A stretch of 64,000 nucleotides of DNA, from the NCBI RefSeq assembly GCF_036321535.1, contig NC_087436.1, positions 57,786,001 through 57,850,000 of the forward strand. The letters are read 5' to 3'. This document shows, in pieces, positions 62,406 to 64,000 of this stretch (position 1 is the stretch's first letter; each line of letters opens with the position of its first letter). The notes under the pieces are model-generated. The model was not told where the DNA came from. It made no database searches and saw nothing but the letters and a program-made list of their open reading frames with translations. This DNA comes from Camelus dromedarius (taxonomy: Eukaryota). The position numbers and the translations under genes were made by a program.

Positions 62406-63669
62406 GATTAGAGAGTTGGCTAGATGGCTAGTCAGCTACATCTTTAGAGGGTCTCTTAAATCCTTCACAATAGGAATGCACTTAACCTCAAGTACAAACT
62501 AGTATTCATGACTAACACACTATCAGGCTGACCATTAGGTTATAGAACAATGATTTATATTTGAGTGTTTTGCAAAGACCAAATGCCACAAAATAAAGCA
62601 GTCAGATTTTGGGTAGAAATAACAGTTGATGTTCCAATTCCTCTTTCTTTTTGCTTTACTCAAATTGTTTGATTGTAGTGGTATGCAAACTCTGTCATTG
62701 TTTTAATTTGCAAATTTCTAATAAAGAAAGAAATATCTAGAAAATTTTTATTGTGTCACTTTAATATTCTATTGATTCTATTCATTACAGGGTTTTCTGG
62801 GCTTTTTGAAAAAATTATAGGCAATGAGCTCAAAAGATGTGTTCTGATGACTAAAATTTGATATCATATATTAAATTTTAACAGTTCCTCATACAGGTAA
62901 CGTATAGAATAAAAAAGCAATTTAAATTATAAATAAAGTTTTGTTTCCAAAATAAAGTAATACAAACTTGACTCTGTAGTAAACCCCATGGACTTACGGT
63001 GGATCAGATATGCTAGCGAGGAACATCCTCTGAAGAGTGGCAAAGTACTGGTACTGCTTATAACACAGCTCTAAAGTAAGTGTGCATGATATGTAAGAAA
63101 ATGAGAATTAAAATTAGAATAGTTTAATAGCTAACTTACAGCTTGTACAGACACATACTACATTTTAAAAGTTCGCCTAAATCTTCTCATATAAACCAAT
63201 AAGGAAAATCATAAATTTTAATATCTCATGGGCAATGTGTTATGTTTGAAAAAAACTATTGCCTTTATTTATTTAACTCTGCTTTACTAATGAAAATGGC
63301 AGCAGAAATGCACATATTTTTAAAACACATTCCAAATTACTTAGACAATATTAAGTATAGTCATTTTCAGAGAATTAAGAAAACAACTAGAATCCCAGGA
63401 GCATGGAGATATGTACAGTTAGAAGGATTAGTTTAACTTGCACTATAAAATTAATTGACTAGGTTTTTGAACCTCATATGTGATCATTACATTCACATTT
63501 TTTGTGAAATACAAGGTAAAGCACATAACTGACTTAACTCCTTCATCTGTTTACATACATCTGGATAATCAAAGACTTTATATAAAAATTAAAAACATAA
63601 ATTTTGATAGTCAAAGAATTTTATTTATCAATATAATTAGCTCTGCAATGGGCTTTTCTAAACTTCCTC

Positions 63670-63790
63670 ACTGAAGTATAATTGACAGTATAAATTTCAT
63701 ATATTTGAAGTGTACATTTTGATAAATTTTGACATACATATGTATACGTGAAATTATTTCAAAAATCAAGATAATGAACATATTCATAGC
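63670..63790 (-). mobile_element. Old L1 3' end
   Basis: tgaagtataattgaca..aagtgtaca.tttgataaattttgaca..atcaagata.tgaacatatt. Confidence 0.65.
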
Positions 63791-64000
63791 TATTTTTAAA
63801 AGGAATACCGATTTCTTCTTTAGGGAACCAGAAAACTAGCTGGTGAGAGGTCAGATACTCTGGAAGTTTCAGTGCCTGGTTATGACTAATATGGAGCTGT
63901 CCATGTATTAATAGTAATACCATTCATTGATAATCTATTGAAAAGCTAAATCCATTCACAGTTTTGAACCTTAATTCCGGACGGTGCTACTAAGCACTAC

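Overview
AT-rich, CpG-poor mammalian genomic DNA (intronic or intergenic), most likely camelid (camel/alpaca/llama), judged from two tRNA-derived Vic-1-type SINEs. I recognise no protein-coding gene, RNA gene, CRISPR array or prokaryotic system; the six-frame ORFs are short chance ORFs or repeat-derived. A large part of the window is decayed interspersed repeats (L2, MIR, L1/HAL1, MaLR/ERVL LTRs, hAT and Tigger MITEs). Family names come from recalled consensus motifs and many boundaries are approximate. The clearest structure is a pair of ~95% identical, same-orientation ERV1-type solo LTRs (38881-39332 and 49618-50077). They look like the two ends of an ~11 kb provirus, but each has its own 4-bp TSD, so they are independent insertions. 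A third solo LTR of another family lies at 37314-37964. Non-repeat stretches hold several transcription-factor motif clusters (20.7, 24.3, 41.3, 43.1 and 55.5 kb) and several exon-like segments, including a 3' splice site - 2 nt - GTAAGT juxtaposition at 24.9 kb. These are hypotheses only; I cannot establish a novel system from the sequence alone.
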